Notes: generated by a model not told the origin, from the letters alone. A stretch of DNA of 64,000 bases from a virus (IMGVR_UViG_3300017585_000052); one strand, 5' to 3'. Shown: positions 12,131 to 24,575, numbered from the stretch's first letter. Program-made: numbers and translations.

Positions 12131-13022
12131 ATGGCATTGATGGGTTATCCATTTATATTTGACGATATTCCATCGGAGTTCTATGGATGTTCTATTGCTT
12201 TCTTAGATGAGGACGCAAATAAGCGCAATAGTGGTTCTGGTAAAACATTCACCACTATTACACCGTTGCGTTCTGGTAAACAAATTCTTATCAACTCTAC
12301 TCAGGATTAGGCGTTGTCATTTGGAGTAGAGATACTATTTGACTGCCCGACAGACATCCATACATTAACAAAGGTAAAATCTTGGCTTTCTTCGCCACTA
12401 ACTTTTAGAAAATTAAGAATATGCGCAGACTTATTCGACCAATATTACTATAATTGCTATTTCACATTGAATTAGGACTTAATATATATTGGCGGCTATC
12501 GAGGTGTGTCTGCCACTGTGACTTGTGATGCGCCTTGGGCATGGGAGAATCCTAAAACAATAAATCTAACAAGTGGTGTTACAACTACATTCTATAATGA
12601 ATCTGAGGATGAGGAACTCATGAAACCTATATTGAAGTTCACTACTGCGAGTTCTTCCTCTTATGTTATTATCGAAGTATACAATGAAGATTATTCATTT
12701 GATAGAACTACCACCATATGTGCGCTTGCTGGAAAGACATTAAGTTATACGCAACAAAACGGCACAACTGTGAGTTATACTACGCCAGACTATTCTAAAT
12801 CATGGCTAAGTATAGAAAATGTCACTTTGGACAATGGCTCTGGAATATTTACTTCTACAAATTCGAGTGGAGAAGTAGTTACAGGGCTTAGAAGAATACA
12901 AGGGTTTAACAAGGTATTCTTGTTCATACCTAAAGGTAAATCATATATTAAATTTACGGCAAGCGCTGTGACAAATGCCAAGATTATATATTAGAATATA
13001 AAGAGAATCGGAGGTGGTTTCT
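12131..13022 (+). CDS. distal tail protein (Dit)-like
   Basis: First gene after the tape-measure gene; RBS AAGGTGGTGA. In-frame TAG at 12308 and 12464; stop TAA. Confidence 0.45.
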
Positions 13023-16000
13023 ATTAAGACTTCATTTACTTTTGGTGGACGTTATCGTTACCCAGAACTGATATTGTGTAACCCAAATAAATCCATGCTT
13101 GGTTATCTAACAAATATTAAGAATCTAAAATTCACGCTTAGAAGTATGGACGTTTCAGAAATGACTTTTGATGTGTACCGTACTGATGGAACGGCTGAGT
13201 TTGATGATTATAGGTATGTTAGGAAAATGCGGCTCATTCATGTTGAAGAAATGGGATATTTCGTAATATAGGAAGTAAAAGAGGTTCTTGGTGACATTGT
13301 TCCGCATAAAGAAGTCACTTGTTATTCCGCTGAATATATGTTAAACTACAAGCCAGTTAATCTAACAACAATTACTTCTATAACTGGCGGGACAACCACA
13401 TTTGCTAAAAGCTATAAGTTCTATGACCAAAAATATCCTGACACTACGCTGATGTATATGTTATTTACAGCGGCTGGATTTACAGACTGGAAATTTGATT
13501 TTAAGTCAATCCCAGAAGTTATTTTGGACAGGTATCGTTCTTTTGATGATACTGGCGATGGATTATATGGATTTTTACAAAATTACGTTTCAACGGCGTA
13601 TGACTGTGTATTTACTTATGATATAGAAAATTACGAAGTAAGCGTCCACACCAAAGAAGAACTTGTTACCCCGTCAAGCGTATGTCTGTCTTTTGATAAT
13701 CTTCTCCAACAGGCTAACATTACCGAACTGTCTGATGAAATTTCAACCATCCTTGCGGTCAAGGGTTCTGAAAATATGAGCCTGTCTCGTATTAACCCAA
13801 CGGGCACAAACAATATCTATAATTTTGACTATTATCTTGGCAAGTATGATTATGACGGGAATCAAGATGACCACTGGCAAGATTGGATTGACGAGAACTT
13901 TAGCGTAACGTCAGTAAAGTTTGACGACAACGGAGATATAGTTTGGGCTACCTCTACTGTCCCAGCAAAAACCACCACTACATTTATAGACCATGTAGAG
14001 CTTTGGCAATAGCAGATTTACAAGCTCATAATGAGTTCTAACAAGCAAGGCTCTTATGCGTGGTTATTAAAGCTGTACACATATCTAAATGCAAAGTATG
14101 TCTATATGACAGCTCAATAGCAATATGCTGAGTATATTTACAATTATTGTACAGAGGCTATCTCGACATACCAAGAAGAAACGAAAGAAGTCAAAAAATC
14201 AAGCTGGCTTACAATACTAATTGGCGCTGGTGTTGCTCTCGCAGTCGTTGCTGGTGTTGCTCTTGCTGCGTTTACTGGCGGCGTATCACTCGCCGCAGTT
14301 GGTACAGCGCTTGCTGGAGGCGGTGTTGCTGTTGCTGAAACGCTTGGACTTTCAGGTGCCGCTGCTACCATCGTTGGTGTTGCTGGATAGGCGTTATTTA
14401 CTGCTGGTGTCTCTACTGCATTTAGTGGACTTTTGCAACTCGGTTTAACCACTTATCAAACTAACATTACAAAAGAAGAAATGCAAAAGTACCAAGGTGT
14501 AGCTCAGAGTAATCTAAATGCAATCAGAAGTGGTAATGGTTATTATTACAATCTTACTCCTTCTACTATCACCAACTTAGCTTCTGGTACATATGGGAGT
14601 TTTGTTGTAGACGAGCCACTGTATTGGGTTTCTGGCACATATAATTCAAGCAGCGAAGATTCAATATACCAAAAAGTTCCTACTGATAGTGGTGTATCTT
14701 CTACTACTACTTAGATTTATTGTATAGACGTTCTTGAAAAGAAAATAGATTATGTTACAGACCAAATAGAAAAATACATTAACGTGTATGCCTACAAAAA
14801 TTGGTTTAGCACAAAAGAAAAAGAAACTCTCGAACCGTTCTTAATTCAGAGTGAATACACCGATGAGAGTTTTACTGCCACCGATGATGTTGACGTTAAA
14901 AACGCAAGCGACCCTCAAACTTATGTCGCCACAAGCCAAGGCACTATGACAATAGAAGAATATAATAACGCCACTAGTGGTTATTATGCTGAATATGTTT
15001 GTGCTGGTGACACTGTAAATTATAAAGCTACTCCTTATGTCATCAATGAACAATAGGTTCGTTATTGGATGGCGAATAATACTTCTGGCACTGAATATTC
15101 TCAATACAAGAATAATCTGAGCAAACTTCACGGCTCTTTCTATATTACCTATGATGGTTCGGGTTGGAGTGTGAGCGACTCTACTGGACAAATTGGTTAT
15201 GTTAGCAAATATGGTAGTGCATACCCGTCAGATATGGGTATAACAGCCAATACACATGACGGTTCTTATACTTATACTCCGCAACGCAACGACTATATTC
15301 TGTTGAAACTGTATTCTGATGAGATAGAAATTATAGATACTACTATAATTGCAATGCAATTAGCGCAGCAGGGGTATGATGTACTCGAAGAATGTAGTCA
15401 ACCAGCTTTTGGCTTTGATATATCATGCGCAAACTTTATCTTATTGCCAGAATATACAGAGTGGACAGAGGATATTGGATTTAATATCGGCAATATAACT
15501 CTCGGTACTGAAATTACTGTAATAGATAACAGCGGTACCGTATACAGACCGTTTGTACAAGAGATGTCGTTTGAATACGATAACCCTGACAGTTTACAGT
15601 TTACATTTGGAAATAAGTTTGCACTTGGTAAAAGTGAGTTCACTCTTGGACAATTACTTTCCGAGACTACAAGTTTGGCGCAGAGGACTCAAAGGACTCT
15701 AAGCGCTTATGGAGACTCTACTTCTACTTCAACTTATTCTAATTCAACTGTTACTCAGGGAGTACAAGAGCAAATAGACAAAGCAAATCAAACAGATGAA
15801 GATTTGCAAAAACAATTAGAACAAGAGCAGGCTGCTCTTAGAGCAGAAGATGCTCAAATACGGGCAGAACTTGACGCGCAAGAAGAATAGTTCAACACGG
15901 ACATACAAAACGAACGTACTGCAAGACAAACGGAGATTCAAGATTTGTAGGCCCAACTCGATAATGTATTGGAATATATTCAAAATATGGACATAACTCA

Positions 16001-17045
16001 ACGCATAGCTGATGCAACAAGTTCGATGAACAACTCTATGGCTGGTGGGCTGGGGCTGTATTGTACTCAAATCACGGAAAGTAATGGGTCTATTAAGTAT
16101 TGCTACCATGATGGCGCAACTATGGCAAGTAGTAAAACATATTATTACTATACATCTAGTGGGTATGCCTATGCAACTTACGAAACTCCCGGTATTATTA
16201 CAGAGTCTAACATTGAAAGTTGGACTGGTTGGCAATACGGGATGACATCTTCGGGCCTCATGATAATGAACGAGATATATGCCCATAAGATTACAGGTGA
16301 TTTAATAGAGGCCAACACTATAACCTCTATAAACTTAGGTGCGAGTTGTATAAATGCTTCTAATATTAACGGCAAGATTATAACCGGTGATTTGATAGAG
16401 GCTAATAGTATATACGCTGATAACTTATCTTATGATGCTGTGTTTAGAAAAATATGGTAGCAATCGCTTAGTTCAATGTCAGGTGGTTATACAATATCTA
16501 TGACTACTGACGCAGAGGGAAATTCCATCAGTGGTTTTTATGGAGCTATTGTATATACCGCTGGGAGTAAGGATTTTACGTCAGCAATTTGTACAGTCAA
16601 CAATATAACTTCACTAATTTCGCTAGTTTCTTCGGCTGCGATAGGCGGTACTTATGTTTATTCATCGCGATTCATTGGTGCTAACTCTGGTGAAGTCGCT
16701 TCAACTAATAGCGGCTCTTATGACACTGTTAGTTGTAGAAGCTTTAAGTATATTTATAGTTCTTCAACGAACCGCTATTTATATTTTTATGATAACTACA
16801 CACTTGCGTTTGGAACATTCAAGGTAGCTGGTAAGTCTTGGGGAATGACCGTTGGAATTTCCTTATGTACCTGTCTTTGTCCCAGTACAGGATGCGGTGC
16901 CACGTTCTGGAACGGTGGCGCTGGGCCAATTTGGGAAAGTTTCTGCGGGGTAACGAGTGGCTCTACTAACGTGTTGCCAAAACGTACCCGAAACAACTAT
17001 TACAATATTCCTTGGCGTGTATATGGATTTAAGATTGGATTGTAA
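13014..17045 (+). CDS. Tal-like tail-associated protein / receptor-binding giant protein
   Basis: GTG start. N-terminus RYRYPELILCNPNKSMLGYL..FDVYRTDG resembles the siphovirus Tal N-terminal domain. One frame from 13014 to TAA at 17043, interrupted only by about 9 in-frame TAG. C-terminus has ITGDLIEAN repeats and a Cys/Gly-rich tail. Confidence 0.45.
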
Positions 17046-17063
17046 CGAGGGGAAGTGAACTAA

Positions 17064-18740
17064 ATGCCAGATTTAACTAATATTGCTATTGTTGCTGTAA
17101 TGGACAACTTAGGTAATATTCATAAAATAAACTACGAGACGCTGGAGAATTTGCCGGGAGCTATCAAAAACCCTTATTCCATTACAATATTTGGGTAGAC
17201 TTATGATGGCAGCAACAGCGTGACTATTGCCCCAACAGTTGCAAGCGCAACAGAACTTGGCTGCGTAAAGCCAGTAGCTAAAACTTCTGCAATGTTACAG
17301 GCCGTTGGTGTAGATTCCAACGGATTGCTATATACGCAAGGCGTAACGATAGATACAGTTGTTATGCGCAACAGCTCCTCTGCTGTTAGCGGTAACGCTG
17401 TTTACTCGTTTGTTGACACAAACCTTTCTGCTGTTTCTTCTTAGATGTCAGACTTAAAAGATGAAATTACAAGTGAGTATGAAACAGCAGACACTAAACT
17501 ACAAACGCAGATAACTTCAAACGATACAGATATTTCAACATTATAGGGGAATGTCACCACTATTAACACGTCTATTTCGGGCGTAAAAACCGACATGAGT
17601 TCGTTGGAAACAAAACTGCAAAAAGAAATAGATGCTAATACTACGTCAATCACAAATAATTACAATACGCTGACGGCAAAGAACACTTCACAAGATACCG
17701 CTATTTCTACTAACGCTTCAAATATTACAACTAATGCTACTGAAATATCTAACACAAAAGTTTCACTTAGCTCCGCTATCGAACGCATATCTGCTAATGA
17801 AACAGATATATCTAAATTACAATCTAAAGAAACGGGTAAATTTTTCAGCACAGAAACAGAACTTATAGATTACGCTGCTTCAACTGGCGCAAAAGATTTA
17901 GTTGTAGGCGAAGAAATGTATGTTACTGGATAGACCACATACTTCTATGTGTGGAATGGGACTTCTGCAATAAAGTATATTACTCTTGCTGGTGAAGATA
18001 ACTTTATGGCAAAAATAAACCCTGTCGGAACTGGATTCTTCAAGATGAATAGCGAATCTGGAAGTATTGGGTCAAACGGTGTTAGCCTTGGTGATAACAA
18101 TTCTTAGAACGGAACTTGTGGTTTCACTATTGGCTATGGACTAATAGAAAATATAGATTACGGTGGAGCTATCGGTAAATATAACGCTACTCCGTCCGAT
18201 GATGAATTATTTTCTGTCGGCTATGGCGATGATGACGATAATAGGAAAACTCTTGTAAGATTAACCACGGAAGGTACTCAAAAATATTACGGCGACATTG
18301 TGGCCTATTCTTCTGATATAAACTCAACTAAAGAATTTAACGAAGAATTATCTACTTACCACTATTCTCAAATTAAAGGTGAAATTATTAAAGTCTCCGT
18401 GGATTATGACACATTTATATCAAAAATCACTAAAAATGATTCTAATGCCTATACATTTGAATATATTTTAGACACGGACAACATAGGACATTGGCAATCC
18501 GATAGCTTTAACTTTAAGCCGGATATTCAATGGAGCGGTATAAACTATTATCCAATAAGTACGATAGGTATTTCTACAACTGATTCTGAGGGTAATGCCT
18601 ATTCCAGCTATGGAGTAGGAGACAAAATTACTATTAGATTAGTATATTCTTCTGAGATTAGTATGTATCAATTATACAGTGCTTTTACTAAACTTGGTCT
18701 GTATATAGATGAAGATGGCGATGTTTGCCAATATGATTAA
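17064..18740 (+). CDS. tail fibre protein
   Basis: Frame continuous through about 6 in-frame TAG. Fibre-like Ser/Thr/Asn repeats (ISTNASNITTNATEISNTK). Ends LYIDEDGDVCQYD with TAA. Confidence 0.6.
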
Positions 18741-18793
18741 CTTTTTTGATATATAACTTTTGTTTCAAATCATAAATTGAAAGGAGGGCTGCT

Positions 18794-19164
18794 ATGTATT
18801 GTGAATATGACAAATATCTTGTTCATTTGCATACAAGAGAGATAATCCAAGGAGACACTTGTGTATTTGCCTATCAATTTACAGATTAGGACGGCGGCGC
18901 AATAATTCCTACTGCCAGTCAGTTCTCATGGAAGTTATGTACTTATGATTACTATGATGAAGCTGTCATATCAATTCCAGCATCTTCTTCTTAGATTACG
19001 GTAGATTCCTCCACGGGAATTATTTATTTAACATTAACTGCTGCTAATACTTTAACATTGCAAAATGGCAAATACATACAGCAGCCAGTTCTTACATATG
19101 ATGGAACCCCATACATTAGGGCATGGGGAGAAATCATTGTTAGAAGAAAGGTAGGTGGAACGTA
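18794..19164 (+). CDS. hypothetical structural protein
   Basis: RBS AAGGAGGG. In-frame TAG at 18887 and 18992. Stop TAA overlaps the next ATG (TAATG). Confidence 0.45.
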
Positions 19165-19689
19165 ATGGTGAATAGAGCAATGGCTACACTTGTGAATCAA
19201 TTTATGTTTGGGCAACTTGGGATAGCTACCGCTCCTGACACATGGTATGTAGGAATATTAACTTTAAGTATTCCAACTACAAGTTTAGATGGCGATATTA
19301 GTGGAAAAGAGTTGGATTTAACAGGATACTCTCGTGTAGCTTTGGCAAATACATCAGATAATTTTACTGTGACAAGTTCTACCTCTATACTAAGTTATGT
19401 CGTTAATAAAAACGATATTATATTCCCCAAAATTGGTGGTAGCACTAATGGCACAGTCGCAGGATTTTTCCTGTCTGACACTGAAACTGGCAATGCTTAT
19501 ATCTGGGGGAATATGGCGACTACAAGAACAGTATATACTAATTCTGCTGTCGTTATTAAAGCTGGCGCTTTACAATTTGGATTAAGCAACGCTGGTTCTG
19601 GCGGCACTTCTGTCACTGGATTGTCCGTTGACGAAGATGGTATTCTGTCTGGTGTTTCTGCGGTATCTGCAACTGGCGTAATGTCGTGA
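19165..19689 (+). CDS. hypothetical structural protein
   Basis: Intact ORF; stop TGA. Confidence 0.5.
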   Translation: MVNRAMATLVNQFMFGQLGIATAPDTWYVGILTLSIPTTSLDGDISGKELDLTGYSRVALANTSDNFTVTSSTSILSYVVNKNDIIFPKIGGSTNGTVAGFFLSDTETGNAYIWGNMATTRTVYTNSAVVIKAGALQFGLSNAGSGGTSVTGLSVDEDGILSGVSAVSATGVMS

Positions 19690-19699
19690 GGTGGTATAA

Positions 19700-19900
19700 A
19701 TGTTTTATGACACCAAAGGCTTTATAGTTGAACAAATACCACTGTTTGACAGAACAAGAACACTTTCTGTCATCGGCGCACAAAAACCAGCGACTATCCA
19801 CATTGATAACTTAGATAGAAAAACGTATATAACCGATGCTGGTTTTGATACGTATTTCTGGTCTAATGTTTATGACTCTCTAATTTCGGATTTCTCGTGA
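19700..19900 (+). CDS. hypothetical protein
   Basis: RBS GAGGTGG; stop TGA. Confidence 0.4.
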   Translation: MFYDTKGFIVEQIPLFDRTRTLSVIGAQKPATIHIDNLDRKTYITDAGFDTYFWSNVYDSLISDFS

Positions 19901-20100
19901 CGGTCTTATTGGGGATATTGCGCCTCTCACTATCGGTGATGTTGGGGCAAGAACCATATTTTCTATTACGAGATGGGAGTTAGAATAATACCCGAACTCA
20001 AAAGTGCTATATAGCACAGTCATCTTATCCATACGTAAGACTATTCATCTTTTACATGAAGAAAATTCTTTGTATGGGGGGGGGGTGAAATCAAGCAACG

Positions 20101-21018
20101 ATGAAAACAGTGAAAGAACTAATAGATTACAGCCCACCAAGACGATTTTCTATGCAACAGTGTTTTGAAATCATAATCAGAGAACCGTCAACAAGACGCA
20201 CAATTTGTGTTTTAGATGATTGTAAAACTACTAACCTTGAAAACACAATAGAATTAGTCTATTAGATGGGCGGTGCTGGAAATGCTCTAATCGGTGGCGC
20301 GTGGGGACATAGTAAACGTGCCACATTAACGGTTGAGTCTGCCACATACAGCACTGATGTAATGGCGTTGCAGAACGGAACAAATGTAGAATATGGGTCT
20401 CAGACAATCACCGCATTTGATATTTTGGATATAGATTCAGATTTCAAAGACGGTGTAAAATTAAAACATACTCCTATTTCAACTGGTGGATATGATATTG
20501 GTTACGTCTATCTCTTAGGAGATGACGGGAGTATCGAAAATAAACTAATTCAGGGAGATGTAGCCATCTCAGGACAATTTATCTGTAATAATGATACTTT
20601 GTATTTTGCGGACGGCGATGTAGCAATCGGGGATAAAGTCTGTTGCTCATATTCGTATACTTCTTCTAATGATAGTACAAGAATCACCAATAAAGCAGGC
20701 TCTATGCCAAAAATGGCTCTGATTACTGCTATCGGTGTCGCAAAGGATATTTGCTCTGGTGATATGTGGCCTTGTCAATTAGAAGGACTTGTCCAGATTG
20801 GTGGAGCATCCAATCTTGATTTAAGTGCGGACGGAGATACGATTACACAATCAATCACTATGGAATTTGTCACAAGATGTAATTCCAGAAGTATGTATCA
20901 ATTTGTGGTTTATCCGCAAGATGAATACAGAGGTGCTTTGATTTACGATATAGCTCCGCTGACAATAGGTTTTATTGCACCTATGACAATAGAAGAAATT
21001 ACCAAATGGCCTATCTGA
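20101..21018 (+). CDS. hypothetical structural protein
   Basis: ATG 15 nt after a G10 tract. In-frame TAG at 20263 joins it to ORF 20266..21018. Stop TGA. Confidence 0.45.
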
Positions 21019-21133
21019 CCATTGTTACAAACGAAGCCTTCTTTAGATTACTTGACAATATTGTTTAATCCCCAACATATTATTTTAGTAGTCTAAAGTA
21101 TAAATAATTATTTATTTTACGGAGGTAAAATAT

Positions 21134-22339
21134 ATGGGAAAACTTTTGAGAGATGAAACTTATATCGAGCAGATGAACAAACAGAACGCGCTTCTGGAAG
21201 TTCTTGTTGCCGATAAGCTGGCGAGTGCTTCCGCTAATTGGGCAGAAATCGCCAAGATTATTAAGGGCGGTTATGGCTCTTATGTCTACTATCCCGGCGA
21301 CCAGTTCAGCGACACTTGGGCTGACGCTTATGCTACTGGCGGTTCAAAGGAGTACACTTATCCTTGGCACGTTGCATCCCATCGCACTGTTACCCTGAGT
21401 GATGGTGAGACTAAGAGCGGTATGATTATTCAGGCTCACTACGCTCATCCTTTTGGCGTTCAGTTTAGCCATCAGCGTGCTTTCCTTGCTTGCCCCTCTG
21501 GACTTGTTGCTGGCACGTATTATTTCACCATTGAATCTGCTTGGGGTACTAATGTTGCCGCAAACGATGTTGTTTGCTTCACTACTACTCAGTCCGTTCC
21601 GCAGGGCGGTTGTATCGCTGGTTGCTACGGCGCACCCGACCAAGCGAAATCTAATTGGCGTATTTATCTGTATGCCGCTGACCGCACTACGATTCTTGAG
21701 ACTATTGTTCCTACCTTTACCACTCCTGACAGCGGCACAAATCTCGGCACTCAGCATCTGAATAAGCGTGATGGGAACCTGAACTCCACTCAGGAGATGG
21801 CTTACGGTTGGAACCGTTGGTCTACCTCTGCGCTGCGTCAGTACCTCAATAGTTCTGCTGATAAAGGCGCGTGGTGGACTGCACAGGACGAGTGGGATAT
21901 TGCGCCTAACGAGCTTGCATCAAAGGCTGGTTTTATGGCTGGTCTGCCAGAGGAACTCGTGAACGCAATTAAGCCTGTTCAGGTCACTACTTACACCAAT
22001 ACCGTTCAGGATGGCGGCACTGCGGACATTACCTATGATAAGTTCTTCCTCCCTGCATTGCAGGAAATCCATGTTAATCCGCAGATTCAGGGCGAAGGCG
22101 AGGCATGGGAGTATTGGACTCAGGTTTCTGGTTCTGTTACTCCGCTGGCACAATACGGTACTTATTCTCAGATGATTACTTATGCAGTTGAGAATCATGT
22201 TAGTCCGCAGTATGTTCGTTTGCGTTCGGCGAACCGTGGCGGCGCGAATAATACGTGGATTGTCTACTCGTCTGGCTATGTCAACGTCAGCGGCGCTAGC
22301 GTCTCGAATAGGTTTTCGCCGGCCTGCGTCATCTGCTAA
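21134..22339 (+). CDS. retroelement target protein (variable C-terminal domain, probable receptor-binding protein)
   Basis: The C-terminal ~40 codons coincide with the variable repeat. Gene is GC-richer than its flanks. RBS GGAGG; stop TAA. Confidence 0.7.
   Translation: MGKLLRDETYIEQMNKQNALLEVLVADKLASASANWAEIAKIIKGGYGSYVYYPGDQFSDTWADAYATGGSKEYTYPWHVASHRTVTLSDGETKSGMIIQAHYAHPFGVQFSHQRAFLACPSGLVAGTYYFTIESAWGTNVAANDVVCFTTTQSVPQGGCIAGCYGAPDQAKSNWRIYLYAADRTTILETIVPTFTTPDSGTNLGTQHLNKRDGNLNSTQEMAYGWNRWSTSALRQYLNSSADKGAWWTAQDEWDIAPNELASKAGFMAGLPEELVNAIKPVQVTTYTNTVQDGGTADITYDKFFLPALQEIHVNPQIQGEGEAWEYWTQVSGSVTPLAQYGTYSQMITYAVENHVSPQYVRLRSANRGGANNTWIVYSSGYVNVSGASVSNRFSPACVIC
22207..22327 (+). repeat. 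variable repeat (VR) of the diversity-generating retroelement
   Basis: 121-nt match to 23155-23275. All ~15 differences fall at adenines of the template copy (AAC to GTC, AGC or GGC). Confidence 0.8.
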
Positions 22340-22479
22340 TCCCTACCCTAAAAGTGTGATGTTTAATTACACTTTTAGGGAATCCAGCCATGCGAACGCA
22401 TGGCGTATACAGAGTGACGTAAACGGTTAAAATAACCTTAAAAGGTCAATTAAATATTACTAAAACAAACTTGCCATAA

Positions 22480-22526
22480 CTTCTCTTTAGATGTACAAAG
22501 ATACGTCCGCGTTATCTAAAGAGAAG
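22480..22526 (+). promoter_or_regulatory. 13-bp perfect inverted repeat downstream of the target gene
   Basis: CTTCTCTTTAGAT..21 nt..ATCTAAAGAGAAG. A second small hairpin ACACGC/GCGTGT lies at 22554-22570. Could be a terminator or a retrohoming-enhancing structure. Confidence 0.45.
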
Positions 22527-22603
22527 TCTATATATAATTTTCTTTTAGATGTTACACGCAATGCGCGTGTTAAATTTCTATAAATAGATATTTACAAAGG
22601 AGT

Positions 22604-23113
22604 ATGATTATTATGTCAGTACCAGCGCATAGACGTGCGCCGAACAAGCTCACTGCTTTGGTTAAAGCTAGAGAACTTGCTTCTTATACATTAAAAATAA
22701 CTCAAAATCAAAACACGTTCCAGCCTAAAAACGGGACGGTTGTAAGAGATAAAGTGCAGTCATGCGCGGCTGACATATTTTTGCTTGCAAGTGATGCTAA
22801 TGATATTAACGTAAGTAAGAATCCTGATTTGCTTGAAAAGCGTCAGGAATTGCAAAAAGAAGCATTATATAAATGTAAGGCGTTAAAGAATCTCATTAGT
22901 TTAGCTGGTATAACATATCATTTGCGTGATAGACGGATTGCCTATTGGACGAGCTTAGTGGAAGAAACGTATGCGTTGCTAAGAAAGTGGTATTTAGCCG
23001 ATTGTAATAGATACGGCGCACCACTTACGCAAGAAAATGTTGTTGGCGTTTCAAAGAAATCTAATGCAAATGATATAAGAGCAAGCTCTTATGAAGATAA
23101 TTCTCCCTTTTGA
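22604..23113 (+). CDS. putative accessory variability determinant (Avd)-like protein
   Basis: Basic, helical ORF between the variable and template repeats. This position is typical for Avd. Confidence 0.4.
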   Translation: MIIMSVPAHRRAPNKLTALVKARELASYTLKITQNQNTFQPKNGTVVRDKVQSCAADIFLLASDANDINVSKNPDLLEKRQELQKEALYKCKALKNLISLAGITYHLRDRRIAYWTSLVEETYALLRKWYLADCNRYGAPLTQENVVGVSKKSNANDIRASSYEDNSPF

Positions 23114-23154
23114 AAGGATTGATTATATGATTAAGGAATGGAGTGAGGCTATGT

Positions 23155-23275
23155 GCAGAATGTTCGTTTGCGTTCGGCGAACCGTGGCAACGCGAATAAT
23201 ACGTGGAATGTCAACTCGTCTGGCAATGTCAACAACAACAACGCTAGCAACTCGAATAGGTTTTCGCCGGACTGT
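23155..23275 (+). repeat. template repeat (TR) of the diversity-generating retroelement
   Basis: Adenine-rich (AAC runs) counterpart of the variable repeat, immediately upstream of the reverse transcriptase. Confidence 0.8.
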
Positions 23276-23467
23276 ATTTTCAAAAATGGCCTATCGACAA
23301 GCATCTAATGATTGTACGGCGTGTGGGAAAACGCAGGGAGTCTCGCTACCATGTTATATCTGAAATTAAAATCTACGGATTAAACAGATAATAGATATAA
23401 CGAAACAATCATGGGGTGATGTCGTTGACTTGCGAGTTAGTACGGCTATACACATCCCATCAATTAT

Positions 23468-24571
23468 TTGTTTTTTCTAAATTCGAGGTGTTTACTCATC
23501 GAAAAGTTAGAACTAATTAGGAAGTATGGAGAAATAGATGTTTGTGATTTTGAGCATCTAATGGAATCAGAACACAAATGCGTAAAAGGTGTATTATGGA
23601 AAGGCTCTGTCGCGGCTTTTGATTTGAACAAAATTGCTTTGCTCAAAAAGTTGTCAGATGAATTACATAATGACACTTATCGCCCACTTCCTCCAAGAAC
23701 TGTTTTAATCACCTACCCTAAACGCAGAGTTGCTGTCAGCATAGCATTTCGTGACAGAATCTACCAAAGAAGTCTAAACGACAATATTGTCTATCCTCTT
23801 ATGACAAGAAGTTTCATTTATGATAACTGTGCTTGCCAAAAAGGAAAGGGTTCAGACTTCGCAAGGGGTAGATTAAAATGTCATATTCAGAAATGCTTTC
23901 GTAAAAATGGCATGGACTTCTGGGTATTGCAATGTGATATAAAACACTATTATGATAACATGAGACATGACACGACAGAAGCATTATTCCGTGAGCATTT
24001 ACCACCACGTTACGGGAATATGGTCGCTAAAGTTCTTAATGAACAGTATCAAGGTGATGTTGGGTTTAATCCCGGTAGTCAAATGATACAAATAGCGGGT
24101 ATCTCTGTTTTGGACAAGTTAGACCATAAGATTAAAGAGCGGATGCACATTAAACATTATTTGAGATATATGGATGACTTTATTTTGATGCACCCTGATA
24201 AAGAATACCTGTTACAATGTAAAAAGTGGATTAACGAGGAATTGTCCAAGATAGGTCTGTCTCTACATGAAAAGAAAACAAAACTGTATCATATCTCAAA
24301 AGGAGTTGACCTTTTGGGATTCCATTATAAACTTTTCAACACTGGAAAAGTAACAATGTCCGTACTTGGACAAAATGTAAAACATGAACGCCGCAAACTT
24401 CGCAAAATGGTTAAACTTGTTAAAACTGGTAGAATACCAAAAAGTAGACAACCATTAACCAAACAAAGGTTAGATATGTGCTATCAATCATGGAAAGCAC
24501 ATATAGCTCATGGAAATTCTCATAAGTTACAAGTACGAATGGATAAATTCTACAAAGATTTATGGAGGTAG
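23468..24571 (+). CDS. diversity-generating-retroelement reverse transcriptase
   Basis: Motif C YLRYMDDFIL (YxDD). GSQ variant of the GxxxSP motif, typical of retroelement reverse transcriptases. GVDLLGFHY. Annotated stop is TAG. Confidence 0.85.
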   Translation: MFFLNSRCLLIEKLELIRKYGEIDVCDFEHLMESEHKCVKGVLWKGSVAAFDLNKIALLKKLSDELHNDTYRPLPPRTVLITYPKRRVAVSIAFRDRIYQRSLNDNIVYPLMTRSFIYDNCACQKGKGSDFARGRLKCHIQKCFRKNGMDFWVLQCDIKHYYDNMRHDTTEALFREHLPPRYGNMVAKVLNEQYQGDVGFNPGSQMIQIAGISVLDKLDHKIKERMHIKHYLRYMDDFILMHPDKEYLLQCKKWINEELSKIGLSLHEKKTKLYHISKGVDLLGFHYKLFNTGKVTMSVLGQNVKHERRKLRKMVKLVKTGRIPKSRQPLTKQRLDMCYQSWKAHIAHGNSHKLQVRMDKFYKDLWR

Positions 24572-24575
24572 GATT

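Noticed and set aside
22182-23363. ORFs 22182-22430 and 23091-23363 sharing the MFVCVRRTVA..RIIRG sequence.
   Set aside because: These are alternative-frame translations of the variable and template repeats, not a paralogous gene pair.
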